This document shows positions 12,457 to 25,403 of a stretch of DNA of 64,000 nucleotides, piece by piece. The translations under genes and the position numbers were made by a program. Numbering within the stretch: position 1 is the stretch's first letter; each line of letters opens with the position of its first letter. Origin of the DNA: Microbotryum violaceum (taxonomy: Eukaryota). Location of the stretch: positions 434,001 to 498,000 of the forward strand of contig CDLV01000006.1 of assembly GCA_001244265.2 (NCBI GenBank). The letters run 5' to 3'. A model generated the notes under the pieces. The model was not told the DNA's origin, searched no databases, and saw nothing but the letters and a program-made list of their open reading frames with translations.

Positions 12457-13663
12457 CTACGAGACAGACGGTCGGTCGAGTCGACGGACCGTCTCGCTGG
12501 ACGCCCTCGATCCCAAGCGTCGGCCCTGAAGAGAAGTAGAATTCTTTTCGGAGGCGTTAGATTGTCGAGAGTCTTCAAGTGAACTTCGAGTGAATGCTTC
12601 GTTCGACGAGGGCGGCGACGGCGACATGCTCGAGTCGCGGGCGGGAGACCGCATACATGGCGAGACCGAGGCCGACGATGCTGTCGAGGTGGAAATAATG
12701 GAAATCCGGTCGTCCGACTCGTGTGAGTTGGCGGTCGACACGGAGACAAGGGGCACTCCTTGAAGTCTGGGGCCAACTGAAGCTTCAGCGGTCACCTCAA
12801 CGACGCTTGGGGCCGAGCTCGAAGAAATGGGCGAAGGATCATCTGCATGGGCGGTGATGAGACCCTCCTTTCCTGCCAGTTCCCACAGCGTGCGAGACAG
12901 ATCTTCGACCGCGTTTAGGGTATAGGTCAATCGCCAGTCCAACAAGGCGAGCACGTCAACCTCCAGCTGAATCAGCTCTCGCATGGTCACTCCGCCGACT
13001 TTTGCAACACGTCGCTGCGACAAATGGCCGTCGCATTCCGACTTGCACGCCACGAGGAGGGCGGCCAGGACGAGGCGATGGATCGTGAATGTATTAATGA
13101 GAGGATGGGCGAGTGATTCACTCTCCTCGTGCGACTCCTCCTTGCTGGCTTGGCCGACTTCGACGGTCGGGAGTAGCGGCACAGAGGTCACCTCATGATA
13201 GGGCGCGGGAGGACGTAGGCGGGATATCCGATCGAGATAGAGTACAGTCAAGAGAATCGCATCCCTCGGACACGGCATATATACGATCAACCTGAGGGTA
13301 GAGCGACGGTGAGATCAGCAGGCTGCACGGCGAACTGCGACTGGCGACCATTGCACGACGGTCGGCGCAACTCGCTGCGTCAAAGCTCGGCACGGCAACA
13401 CACCTTGACAGATAATCTTGGAGTGCGAGACTGGGAGGTTCCTTCGCGTGGAAGCGGGTGATGGTGCCCTTGCACGATGGCCGTAGCGCCTCGTTCGCCT
13501 CGACGGCGTGGGTGAGCAGTCGCTCGACACAGCACGTGAGCACCTCCCCCGGCAGCGTCAACAAGCGATCCGTCCAGGGCGTCGGGCCAGCCGAAGGAGC
13601 GCGATTCGGTTTGACCCGCGCACCGCCCACACCGCCCACACCACGTGACGAAGGGGATGGCAT
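12457..13663 (-). CDS. PHO80/PCL-family cyclin, one intron
   Basis: TRFHAKEPPSLALQDYLSR | YMPCPRDAILLTVLYLDRI, NTFTIHRLVLAALLVACK, VAKVGGVTMRELIQLE. Confidence 0.9.
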
Positions 13664-14315
13664 AGATATCGAACCACAAAAGCGTGTGTGCGTCCGTGTA
13701 TGACGACAATCGTCGGTCGAGTCTGCAAAGTCCGGGAAAGTGCAGAACGACAAGGAAAGGTGACCCCGCGCCTGAGGCCCGAAGCTCTGAAGCATCTGGA
13801 TCGACATTCAAGTCGAGGCGGTGCCTGGATATATGGTGTGCGCGACAAGTCGAGTGGACAAAAAATTCAGAACAAACATCGTTGATAGGTTGGAATTCGA
13901 CTGTTGGACTTGGGGCGGCCGATCGATCACCGAGGAGTCTTACGCCGGCTGCGAGTTTGCATGCATCGCAGCTAGTGCCGAGTCAACTACTGGACATTCA
14001 TTCCCCTGTCTAAGTTCAATTGAATTAGGTTTTTAACTCCAAGTCGTTATGAAGAGCCGCACCTCGAATGAGGAGACTCTTCGGCCGCAACTCAACCCGG
14101 CACTCCGACGAGGGAGTTGAAGCTAGGCAGGGACATGTTGAACGGCCCCGAGAAGATACTATCGCTGATTTTATTCTCATTTTCATGATAACTGAGCGCT
14201 GGCAAATCTTAGAAAAGCAGAGTCCGTCTGATACCGGATCCGTAAGAATACATCTAGGGGGCTTCCACAAATGCTTCGCGTCCGGTGATACAACAGGCCG
14301 CTGCTCTATTCCCCC

Positions 14316-16591
14316 TCAGAGCACAAAGTTCTTTGCCCACAAATCGATAATCTTCATTCCGGGCTTGTGCTGCGCGAACCTGAGATCTCGGGCGATGATC
14401 GCGCCATGGCTGTTGCGACTCTCGGGGAGAAAGACGAGGTGCTTCTTCAGTTGCGGGAGCGCATTGAGGTGCTTGAGCATATCGAGTTGCCCGGCCGTGA
14501 GGATCGGGTCCGTCGGAACGCGTTCTTGAGCGGAGGAGGCAGTTGTGGGTGGGGACATTGAGCGAACAAACGGTGGGGTGCCAACACCATCGTAGGATCC
14601 GAGGGACTTGAGAGTGGCAGGGAAGCCCGTTTGGTCATCATTGTCAGACTCATACGCCGCCGACGCCGACGCCACCGCCTTGCCCGTATGCCCATTGCTA
14701 CGTTCCGAGAGCCGACCAGAGAGATCTTCTCGCAGTCCGGCCGCATACTCGGGATTGTCCGCTCTGACGCTCTCGGCCACTTCGGCCAAGCCAACGCCCA
14801 CCCGCGCCAGCATGCCTTCTCGTCCACCTCCCATCTCTTTGCGCTCACTGAGGATCCGTCGCCGAGATTGGCCAGACGCTAGCACGAACCGACCAAGGAG
14901 GAAAAGCACGGTGGCAGGGAGCGTTATTGGGATGAAGACGATGAGGATGAGAGACACCGGCCGAGAGAAGGGATAAGTCGTGGGTTTAAGGAGCAAGGGC
15001 AAGCGGAAACGAAAGCGTCGCTTGGGTTTCGACTCCACCGGAGGTTGTACAGGTGCATCGATGGGTCGGTAAGAAACGATGATGGCAGCATCATTTTCCA
15101 GCTCTATTTCGAGTCCTCCATCACGGATGTCGATTTGTGCATCGTCATCGTCGTCTCGCGCTTGGGCAACCTTTTGAGCCTTGGCACGCGCCAATGAGAA
15201 CGGGTCGTGCGTCTCCATGGCCCCGGTTGGGTACGGCACAGTGCGATCGTTGACGGTATTCTGTGGGATTAATGTCCAGAGCCATGAGCTGCAGCCGTAG
15301 AGATGAAAACTCGATCAAAGTTGCTTACAGCGTAAAGATCGCACCGCTCGAATTTGCTCAATGCTTTGTAAAAGCTGTAGCGCGGGTCTGCCTACCGAGG
15401 GTTTTGGGGACCAATCAGACTCGCATAGCGGAATGGGTCGCCGCACTGTCTACTCACCATGACCGAGAGCAAAGGCTCCGCCTTTTCTGTCGTTTTGAAG
15501 AATCGGAGAGAACTTGATTTGCGTTTCGTCGCATCTTGCTGATTGCCTTCAACGAGCGAGGAGGGCAAGTAGCGATCGGTGAGGTAGAGCTGAGCGCCGG
15601 AGCGTGAAAGGAGACGAGCGCCTAGGAACCGGAACACGTTCGACCAGACAGACTCGTATTGAGGGCTGTGAGAAAGCAATGCATGTAATTAGCCACTTGA
15701 GCACCTTGGACTCCTCGCTGACAGATATGCTGGCTTACATGCCGATCCAGGGGGAAGCGAACGCCGTAAAGTTAACGGGTCTGACATCGTCAAAGAAGGA
15801 CGGCAAGCGACTCTCGAGCAGGCCAAGTACGTATCGAGCCACAAGTCCACCGAGGGAGTATCTGATGGTCAGAGCATTCGAGAACCAATTTAATGGTCCT
15901 AGGTGGACAGAGGATGTCCCAAAATTGACGAGACTTTAACTGACCCGACAATCGAAAACCGTTTGACCTGTCCTCCGTCTTGAGCGATCCTTTCGCATTC
16001 TTTTTGAGTCAGACCCCAAAGTAAATGTTTCAGAATACTGGAGCTCCTGAAAATATTCGGAGCGAGAATGATGCACACCTTGATCAATTTCCCGGACGAC
16101 GCGCTCGGCGCAAATGTCGATGCCGTCGTAAGTGTTTGTCCACTCGTTCAGTTTGGCGGGCTGCATTTGTGGCAGCAAGGAGAGACACCGTCAGCGGGAT
16201 TGATCATGGCAATGAAGGCGGTCTTGAGGGATATTCGACTCACGAGCACGACCAACTTGACCTCGTCGGACTGCTGCGTAGATGAGGTCGACTCGAACGA
16301 CCTGGAGGAAGACCGAGCCGAAGTTGACCCGACGGCGCTTTCGAGCGCCTTGACGTGTTCCGACGCCGAGCGGCAAATGTAAGCGATGTGGGAGGTCTGT
16401 CCCCAGAGTCTGTGCAGTCCAGCAGAAATGATTTAAGTGATGTGGTCCCAATAATGTTCGGAGCCTGTCGTATCAGGGGTCGATCGAGTCGAGTGCTCTT
16501 GTGACGGTGTTGTCGTCGTCAGCGCTGGCCGAAAGGTGGTCGTCGTCCGATTCGACTTGCTATCGGGAGCAGAAGAAGGAGACTGACCCAT
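14316..16591 (-). CDS. DUF676 putative serine esterase/lipase, multi-exon
   Basis: TYDGIDICAERV, FSIVG|YSLGG (GxSxG split by an intron), LLSRSGAQLYL, NSHGAII. Start codon uncertain. Confidence 0.85.
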
Positions 16592-17446
16592 GACAGACGA
16601 CGAGTAGGTGGGCGGTGTACATCTTGGAAATCCGCTTTCAGAGCGAAAGAGGATAGACTCGACTACACGGATAAAGATAGGATGGAGGGAGGCTGAGCCC
16701 CAGGAGCATTCGTCGATCGGCATCGTTCGATCATGTGGAGGCCGGGCTGTGGGCTTCGGGCATCCCCTTGGACTCCGGCGCCGGCGCCGGCTCGTCGGAT
16801 CTAAAAACCTCGCATGAACTCTCCTGGTCTCCTCGTGCATTTGAGCTTGTGGAAACCGGGAACTAGGCACTATGACGTCATCTTCAAACAAGCAGGCCTG
16901 CGAGTGTTTTTCAATCGAATCAGCTCGAGCCTGGTCTCGACTCGGAGAGTATCCTTCCGAATTTCCGCCGGGACCTTCCACCTCAAGGCTGTAGAAGTGC
17001 AGGCTCATGCTGCTTGATTTTCGGCTTCCGCTGCCGTTGAAAACCGGTCAAATTTTATTTGCATTGTATTTCCCCTCTCTCGGACCTTGCTCCTGTATGC
17101 CTGTGCTGAAACGATTGGGGCTCGAAGCGCCGGTGAACCGCTACTACCAGCTGGTCCGGGCGCGCGAATCAACAGTAGTAGTTTTGCCTGCCTGAGGTCA
17201 GCGCGGTCAGCGCCGTAAAGCGCGGTTCAGTGTCCAACCTGCGTGCGCCGCCTTGGGCCTCCTTGAGCCACCTCAGGCAGCTCAGGCCACCTCGCGCTGT
17301 TAGGCTCTGCTAGCTCTGCTAGGCGCACCTATGCGGGTCAAATTAAGCCTGCCCAAAAAACTAGGTCGCGCGCATGCCTGTTGAGCTTTAGCGGTAAGAG
17401 TTCCACGCTCAATGTTCAAGCGCGCATCCGTGCATCCAGTCCCAGA

Positions 17447-17603
17447 CTCAGCGTCAGCTTTCCTAGCCTCCCCGGAGTGCTCAGAGCCTAGCCCTCCCCG
17501 CGAGCGGCTCAGCGTACTTTCCTAGCCTCTCCGGAGCGCTCAGAGCCTAGCCCTCCCCGCGAGCGGCTCAGGCGTACTTTCCTAGCCTCTCCGGAGCGCT
17601 CAG
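17447..17603. repeat. ~60-bp tandem repeat, ~2.6 copies
   Basis: CTCAG(G)CGT..TTTCCTAGCCTC..CGGAG.GCTCAG units start at 17447, 17508 and 17567. Confidence 0.9.
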
Positions 17604-18513
17604 CATCCCTAGGCCTCTCCGTGAGTCCTCAGAGTTTTTCCACCCCTCAAGCGTATTTGCGTCCGCGCCGCTTACTCCTCCTCGGTTCCGCACCGTCGAC
17701 GCTTTCTGTTGCCAGCCCGCTGCTCCAGCACTGCCACCCTCTGCCAAGGGTCAGTTAGCCACCACCTTAGGATCCTCATCCAAGCAATCCGTTGCTCACG
17801 CGAAGCCCCCCTCGCACAGGATTTACAGCAGCCACTGCCTCCAGAAAACCCTCGACGCCCGCAGGCCCTGCCACGCGCTCGAGGTAAGTGTCCAGATTAC
17901 GCTCGGCTAGTTGCACGACGTACTCATTGTTCACTTGCATCACAGCAGTCTCCGCACAAGCTTTTGTACGAAACTGCCTTTCCTACCGGAACGCCCTAGT
18001 TGGACGATCCAAGCTGACGCCTAGCATTCTATAGGCTACCTCCGCCGAGACCGCACTAAGTGCTTCAATTCTCATTGACACTCGTGCTACGCCTCGCAAA
18101 AGTACGCTATCACGCTACGCAAAGCCCATGTTGCACGTCACTAAATACAATCTTTGCTACGCCTCGCAAAGACCTCTGTTTTGAGTTTCCCGCCCGCCTT
18201 CCCTTGTTCACCTATCTTCTCTCTTTTTTTCCACTTTTCCTTTTCTCCTTAAAAAAACAACAAAAACAGACTGTGCTTGTTAGTTACAACTCAGTTTACC
18301 CGGTTTTGCTGCAACTCTGACTCGACTTCGCCTAAAAATAGCTCACGCGTGCAAGCGGCTTTTAGGAGAGTTGAACGCGTTAAGGCAGCTTTTTTGAAAT
18401 TTGGCCCAGGAAAACGTTGGTACAGGCATGGTATACCATCCCCCCTCCCACGGCCCGCGCTCGGAGGCAGAATAGCGGCTAAGTAGTGCACTTGCTAACT
18501 CGCCTACGCTAAT

Positions 18514-18760
18514 TCTCTTTCTCTCTCTCTCTTCTTCTCTCTCTCATCTTCTCTCTCTCATTCGTCTCCTGGAGGGGAGCAACCGCTTGGCTCGGGCACT
18601 TGAATCCCAAGTATCGGATTGGTGGACACCGGCCCGTTTCTCGCATCTTGCGGGCGGTTTGTGTTATCATCGTCGACTTCCATCTAGTTTTTTCCGTAGG
18701 CCAAATAGGGGGAACATGAATTGGGGGCAATATGATGAACAGTTTCTACAAAAAAAAAAA
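18514..18760 (+). mobile_element. 247-bp poly(A)-tailed retroposed insertion (truncated LINE/SINE)
   Basis: Absent from copy 1. GCTAAT TSD at 18508-18513 and 18761-18766; A11 tail at 18750-18760. Confidence 0.85.
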
Positions 18761-21700
18761 GCTAATCGGCCCTTTGCCCCAACACATGGCACTGGCACCC
18801 CCACCTTCAAGCTTCAACCCTCCCCCACCGCCTTGCACTCATCGGCATCGCTTCAAGCATGGGCTCCCTGCGACACACATCGCCACTACCACAAGCAAAT
18901 CCAGCGTCCCTAGTAGAGAAAGACAAGGAAAAAGACACCAAGACCAAGCGTTAGAAATTGACGAGGCGGAGGAAGAAGAAGGCTGACGCGATCATCGAGA
19001 GCGGGGCGACCACGGGGCCAGAGGAGAGGGCGAAGAAGAAAAAGAAAAAGAAAAAGATGAGGTCATGGCCCGTGCGAGAACAAGAAAAGGAGCCAGTCGT
19101 GTCCCCGGAGAGCGAGGCGTTTGTAGAATCCTCCGGCCACGCTGCTGGCATTATGGTATAGCGATCAAATCTGATGATAATAAAGGCTAAGGTATGACTA
19201 AGAGCTTTTAAGACACCAAGGCGAGAGACACGAGAGACTGCAGTGGGGATAGAATCGAAAGCGAGACCGAGTTCGAGAACGAAACGCTGAGGTCGGAGAC
19301 TGGAGACGATGCCAAACGAGACTTGAAACACGCAAAAAGTGAGAGACAAGAAAAAATTGTATTGGATCCTGGAAGTCTTCCTGAAAACAAGAAGAAAACT
19401 CCCCTCAAACGTCCCGGCAGTTCAAACCGCTGCTTTCCGTTCATTCCCCTTCACCGCTTCCTCCGCATATCGGGCTCGGTCTTCCTTCCAAATCCTGCCT
19501 CCCAATGCTCGTCATTTTCCGAGTCTTTTCGGCGCAAAAGTGAAGGCCCGTTCGAAATCACATCCTCTTCCTCTCCCTCCCGTAAGCCGGCTTTAGCCTC
19601 CCTCCTCTTGTGGCCGCCGGGAATGACTCGTCGTCGAGACGCTAAAGTCCAGAACTTACTGCCGCTACGACTTCTATTAGCCTCGATGAGTTGAAATAGC
19701 GGATGCGACCGGATCCCGAGTACCACAGTATTCACGGCAACCCAACGAGGCCGCGTCCGACACGTCGACCGACTCGGAGCCCTCTTCCATCGGAGGCATC
19801 GATCCCCGGCCGAGCCTTGATTACTACCTGTGGCAGTGCACCCAAAACACGGGCGAACAACAGATGGAGGGGTGCGTGGCGCTTCCGCTTTGGTGTACCG
19901 ACGATGCTGAACTTATTCAGCAAACGACAGCGGATGGCCTGCCGGATTTGACTTCGTTTGCCCGCAGCCCTGGTGACACGATTGATGAGACGGACGACAA
20001 CACGAACGAGGGAATTGACTTTGACATGAGTGATCATTCGAGCGACGATTTGAGTCATTACTCTATCGACGCCACAGACAACGGTGCATTTGTGCTTGAG
20101 GAGTGGGAGTTCAATGCGGAAGATGATGGCAGTGATGACGAAACTTGGTGAAATTTTTAATGGCTGTCTGGAATCGAAGGCTCTTGTTCCAAAAGCCTCA
20201 ATCCAAATAGACAGATGATGCGAGCGCCCGCGTGCTTTTGCCTTTTCATTGAATAGTGTCTCTTCATGTCATACAATATTGCCCTTCTCCCGGAAGTGCA
20301 AAGTAGCAACCATACGACCGAGAGGCAACCAACGCTGACAGGGGTTAGCTACCGCTTAAATGCGCTCTAGCCCGCTTGAAAAGGTTACTGCCCAGCAGTA
20401 GTGCCGACAGCGGGAGGTCTAACAGGTCAGCTAGAGATCCAGAAGGAAAGCTCTCTGCTACTGGCGATAAGATAAGCGGGAATTCTTCTTGGCTGCGCTT
20501 AGTTAGTGCGCTTTCAAATTTCCGCCATTGCGTTTGGTGTTTATAGCGTGCGCAGTCAGGCCAGTCAGATGCCCGAAGTCTGTGCCAGGTCTTTGTTGAT
20601 ACTTCCTGAGATCTCAGCAGAGATCACATTGCTAATTATCAGACTCCATTTACCCCCACACTCTAATGCGTACTCGAACTAAGGCTAAACTGATCCCATA
20701 CTCGATCTGTTTTTCGGTGCTTTTCAATGGTGTTGTCTTGGCCACTTTAAGCCACGCAGCCACTAAGACCGTTGTACGTTTGCGTCGACATTGGACTCTC
20801 GACATTTCAGATACATGACGACGCACTCAATACCCCCGACAGGATGTTCGTGTATGATTGAACTCATTCTAGTTTGATAATGAGGAATGAGTTTGACAAT
20901 ACACGAATAATACCTGTCCCGGTGCTGAGAAACAGGTGACTTTGATGCCAATCACACTTGCGCCTTTCATGTGCTCTCTGCCGTGTGACCCGATCCGTTG
21001 CGTGCTCTCACCGGTACATGTACTACTGTTACATCGTAAAGGCGGAAGCTCAGAGTTAGCTGTGGACAGAAAAGTGGGGTATATACACCTGAACGAACAT
21101 CGTTGAGTCAGGATCACGATGTTGTTCTTCGTACTCTACCATTCCTCCTCGCATCAGAGTGCACGAGTGGCCTGCGAGCTATTGCTGGCCTCCGACTGTT
21201 TCTACTGTCGACCAACGCAGCCTTTGCAGATGCCAGTTCTGGTGGTATTTCAATCGGTCTCCTCGTTTTTTTTTGCTTGAAATCTTCTTTGTAAGAACGA
21301 GGGTCATCACCAACCCCAAGGAAACTCCCATCTTCGAGATCCGAAGCTCCGAAGCTGGCCTACTAGTCAGTGTGCTCAACTGCATTCGCTCCGACTTTCC
21401 CAAGGTTTTTAGATATTTTTTTGATTGTACTGCTGTTGGATTCTATTAAAGAAATAAACAGGGGTAGTAAGTAGTGAGTGAAGAGAAGCAGAAAATTAGG
21501 AGGGAGGGGGGGGGGCAGAAGGTCAATACAGCAGCTGTCTTACCTGTGCATTGGTTGTATCCTCCATCTCCTCAGCAGGTGGTATTGGGTACAAGAGCTA
21601 TATCGCATTTCGGTTCCGAATTCGACTCTTGGGAACATTGGTATAGGAAGATTGGTATTGTCTATAAGGATAACTCTAACACCGATTAGCTAATAAGCTT

Positions 21701-21982
21701 CGCTTCACGGCTCGTGGCACGCCCAGAGAGGTGCACCGTGCCGGGGTGGGCGAGGAGGGGGGAGCAATGGTACACCATCCCTCTACCAAGCTCCCCCCGG
21801 GCCAAAAAACAGAAAAGCTGCCTTATCGCGCGTGCGCGCACGAGTTCATTTGGCTGGCTTAATGGACCTGCCGATCTGGCTAGGCGCTGCTGCGAAGCGC
21901 GAGAAGGGAAGAGTGACGACTAGACACGCTTGACTCTTGAGCTCGTCTTTGCACCGCATCAAACCCCACAAGCTCTCCGATC

Positions 21983-24900
21983 ATGGACGAAGCGTATCTG
22001 GTCACCTCGTACCCTCTGCCCTCTGCGGTGGGCTCTGCGGAGCATGCCTCACCCTCGCAACGTCCCTCGTCGCTGCCGTTGATCAGCTCGGTCGGCTACA
22101 CCTCAACGAGCGCAGCCAGGCAGCCGAGTCGCGTGCTCGTGGCAGCGCCTGCACATGGCTTGACCCTCTACAACGTCAGTCCACTTGACCTGTCTGCTCC
22201 AATCGGGTTTGGGGCTCAGGCTCGAACTCGAATGCAGTGGTGCCAGCCGTAGCAGCAGCAGCTACTTCGTCCTGACCGTCGCCGCTTGTGCTCGTGCGAC
22301 GTTCCTCGCCGTCACCGCGACTGACAAGACATCTCCACCATGTACTCCCTTTTCAGCTCGCCGACCAGACAGCACTGTCGTCCATCACGCTCGGATCGAG
22401 CTTTCTCCCACGTACCCCACCGGCTTCGCGCTCGACCGCGGCCTCGAGCTCCCAGTCGGCACACGCCCGCTCGACCCGACAAACATGGATCGCCGTCGCA
22501 GCTTCCCACGACGACCAACGGGGCGAGATATGGCACTGGACAGAACAGGAACGCAAGGACGGCAGCGCAGAAGCCTTGCCGTCCCGGTTGGTCTACCCCG
22601 TAAGTCCCCGGTCTACTCAGCATCCTCTCGCGGTGAGGTGCATGGCTCTGATATTACAATCAACACTCCTCGTCTGCAACAGACCTCGGCACCGATCGTC
22701 GGTCTCGTTGCACCTCGCACATTGCCGAATCATCTGTTACTGCTCGCCGAGACGGGCACTCTGGCGCTCGCCTCGAGCGAAAATCTTGCCATCGGCGCTT
22801 CGGTCGTCCTCTCCACACCCTCGTCGTCGACGGCTCCAAAGCCCATATCCCAGTCTCTGCGTGCGGTCCCTCTCCAGGCTAATTTGAACTTGCTCCCACG
22901 GTCCGTTCTGGAACTCTTGCCTCACCGGTCAGGCGCGCATGTCGTCTTCGTGTCGAGGGCATACGCGGGCGACTCGCACGCCGCAGTTTTGCCGCCGGCG
23001 ACCCCGGCCGCAAAACCCAAGAGAACGAAGCGTCCCACGGCACCCGTCATCGCTGGCGTCGAGACACGAGCCCGAACCGAGATCGATGTCGTTCTCGTCG
23101 ATCCCGAGGTGAGAGACGATGAGTACGAGATGGCTGCGCAACCGCAAATGGTTGTTCTGGGTTCGGTGGAGGTGCTGGGTGACCAGGTCGTGGTCAACGA
23201 CGAGGGTATCGTCACAGCTCTGGTTGGCAGCGACTTGGTGTCACATCAACTTGCTTTCCCTCAAGACTATCCCACGACGACTTATGCTGATCTTTTCAAC
23301 TCGAATGAGCACCCCATCGAGGCCAAGCTATCCCTCTCTGTCATCAAGTCACTTCATCTTTCGAGCGAAAAATTCACACCTTCTAGTACGACGATACTCG
23401 CCTTGCATTCTTCTTTTGTTCTGCAGTGCTCCATGCTGATGCCAAGTCGAAGCACCGAGGAGAACGCATTGGGCGTTCTCGCGCTCGTTTGGGACGTACG
23501 CCTCGGCGTCGTCATCTCCAGCACTACAATCGCCCTCCCATCGTCGATATCCTCCCCGAGCGGACACTGCCTGGCACTCGCTCTGCCTAATTTGACTACC
23601 GCAACGTTGGCTCTGGCCCCTCTCGTCGATGCCGAATCATCGTCCTCGCCCAGCCGCATCGCTATCTTCAGCCTGCCCTTGTCGACCGTTCCCTCGGCCT
23701 CGGTGCTCGCTGCTGTAGTAGGGAAACAGCATTTTACGCGCCAGTATCTTGCCACGGACTCTTTTTTAAACGGAGCCGTCGAGACGATTGCACCACTGCG
23801 ACACTCAAAGACAAGCCCGAACAAGGCCGCGCTTCTCGATGCCAGTATTGATGCTCGTAGCAAGGTCTTGCGCACACTCGAGCCCCTTCTTCGATCAGGT
23901 GACGTCAACCTCGATGCTGCCGACGCGGCTTTTGATGCCTTCATCCAGGACGAGACGAAACGCTTGCGGGCGTACCATCTTGTCAAGCTTGAGACAAGTT
24001 TGGAAAAAGAGCGCGAGCGACGACTCGCGGCGTTACAAGCTAAGGAGGCGCTGAAAACGACCGGGAGCAAGTACAAGACCGCAAAGCGCAAGATCGAGGA
24101 AGCGATCCAGGAGAGCGGCCTCGCTGCGGAGGCGTGGCCTGAAGTGACGGCGAAGCGCATCAAGGGTGTCAGTGACGTGTACCGCTACAAGTACTACGAG
24201 GACCGCAAGCAGCTCGAGGCGAATAAGGGCAACGTTGCAGTCGACCAGAGCAGGGAGAAGGCCTTAGCCGCGATCGAGAAGCTCGAGCCGGTGCTTCCCT
24301 CCTCGTTCCTCACGGCGGTCCTGAGGCTCTGCTTCCCCGAAGCCGTCGAAACCTCGGCGATGGCATCCGGGAGTTTGGAGCGTGGAGCGACGATTTTTAC
24401 ATCGTCGCGCCCACATCCTCGTGGCATCCTTTCTTACTTGCTCAAACGAGGCATTGTTGGAGATGGCCAGATCCACGGTAGCCTGGTTCGTGAACTTGCT
24501 TTGGCGGAGGACTGGGTAAGTTGGGTCTTCGCATGGTCTACTTCGTCTGCCACCCTCCTGACCTACTCGGAATCTGACCTCATTGCAGGCTAACATCCTT
24601 TTGGCTCTCCGAACGATGCCTGACATCCCTGAAGCAATCATGACTTCGACACTGCGTCGTGTCACTGCGGCCAACGCCTCCTCGGATCCTGTGCCTGCGG
24701 ACATGCCCCGCCTGTCGACGTTGTTACGTGCGCTCGTCGCATGCTCCTTCGAACCGGCGCGGTTGAGAGAAGCGTTCCGGAACCAGCTCAACGCCGTCGA
24801 GGCTCTGGCCGTACTGGAGGTGTGCGATCGGTGGTTGAGGTGGTGGAGTCGGCACGAAAATGGTGGCGCCGTCGCAGCGGAACCGACGGATAGCCCAAAG

Positions 24901-25320
24901 CCGAAAGCATCCAAACGCCTCCCTCTGGACCCCTTTGCTGTCCGCGCCTCCTCCGCCTCGGACGAGCAAGTCGCGTCTCGCGGTGCCCCTCCCCGTATTG
25001 AATTGGTTCTTCGTTTCGTACAAGCGATCCTCGATGCGCAATTCATCGCCTTGCTATTGCATCGACCTTCGCACGCTTTGCTGCGGCGGCTCGCAACGCA
25101 CGTCGACGAGCACTTGAAGCGAACGATCCAGCTTGAAGCTCTGGTGGGGCCATTGGCTATCTACGCCAGGGCCAAGACCGAGCAGAAGAAGGGGGGTGCT
25201 CAAAAGGGCGAACTTGGGCTCGACAAGGGTCTAGGGGAGAGCATGAGGCGCAGGGTGGAGGCGCAGGAGAAACACGCGTGGGTGGGTATGTACGAGGTCG
25301 AGCAGTTCAATCTGGGTTGA
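21983..25320 (+). CDS. Large spliced protein, probably U3 snoRNP/t-UTP component Utp8 (NOL11-like)
   Basis: Beta-rich N-terminus, helical C-terminus ending VGMYEVEQFNLG, reminiscent of Utp8 C-termini. Recognised from memory only. Confidence 0.5.
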
Positions 25321-25403
25321 AACAGTTTCTCGCTCTTGCGGTCTCGACTAGCTTGTGTTGTGTCAATCTATTGCATGTCAAAAACATCATCTGAAAAGCG
25401 CCT

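Larger units (their letters stand above)
17326..21798. mobile_element. Unclassified interspersed element, copy 2
   Basis: Direct repeat of 382-3888. Carries an extra ~1 kb (17375-18374) and a poly(A) insertion. The left boundary may extend to ~17160. Confidence 0.85.

Noticed and set aside
17141..17161. CTACTACCAGCT..CCGGGC resembling the right junction of copy 2 (possible att site or TSD)
   Set aside because: Short, gapped, GC-rich match that cannot be tested in copy 1.
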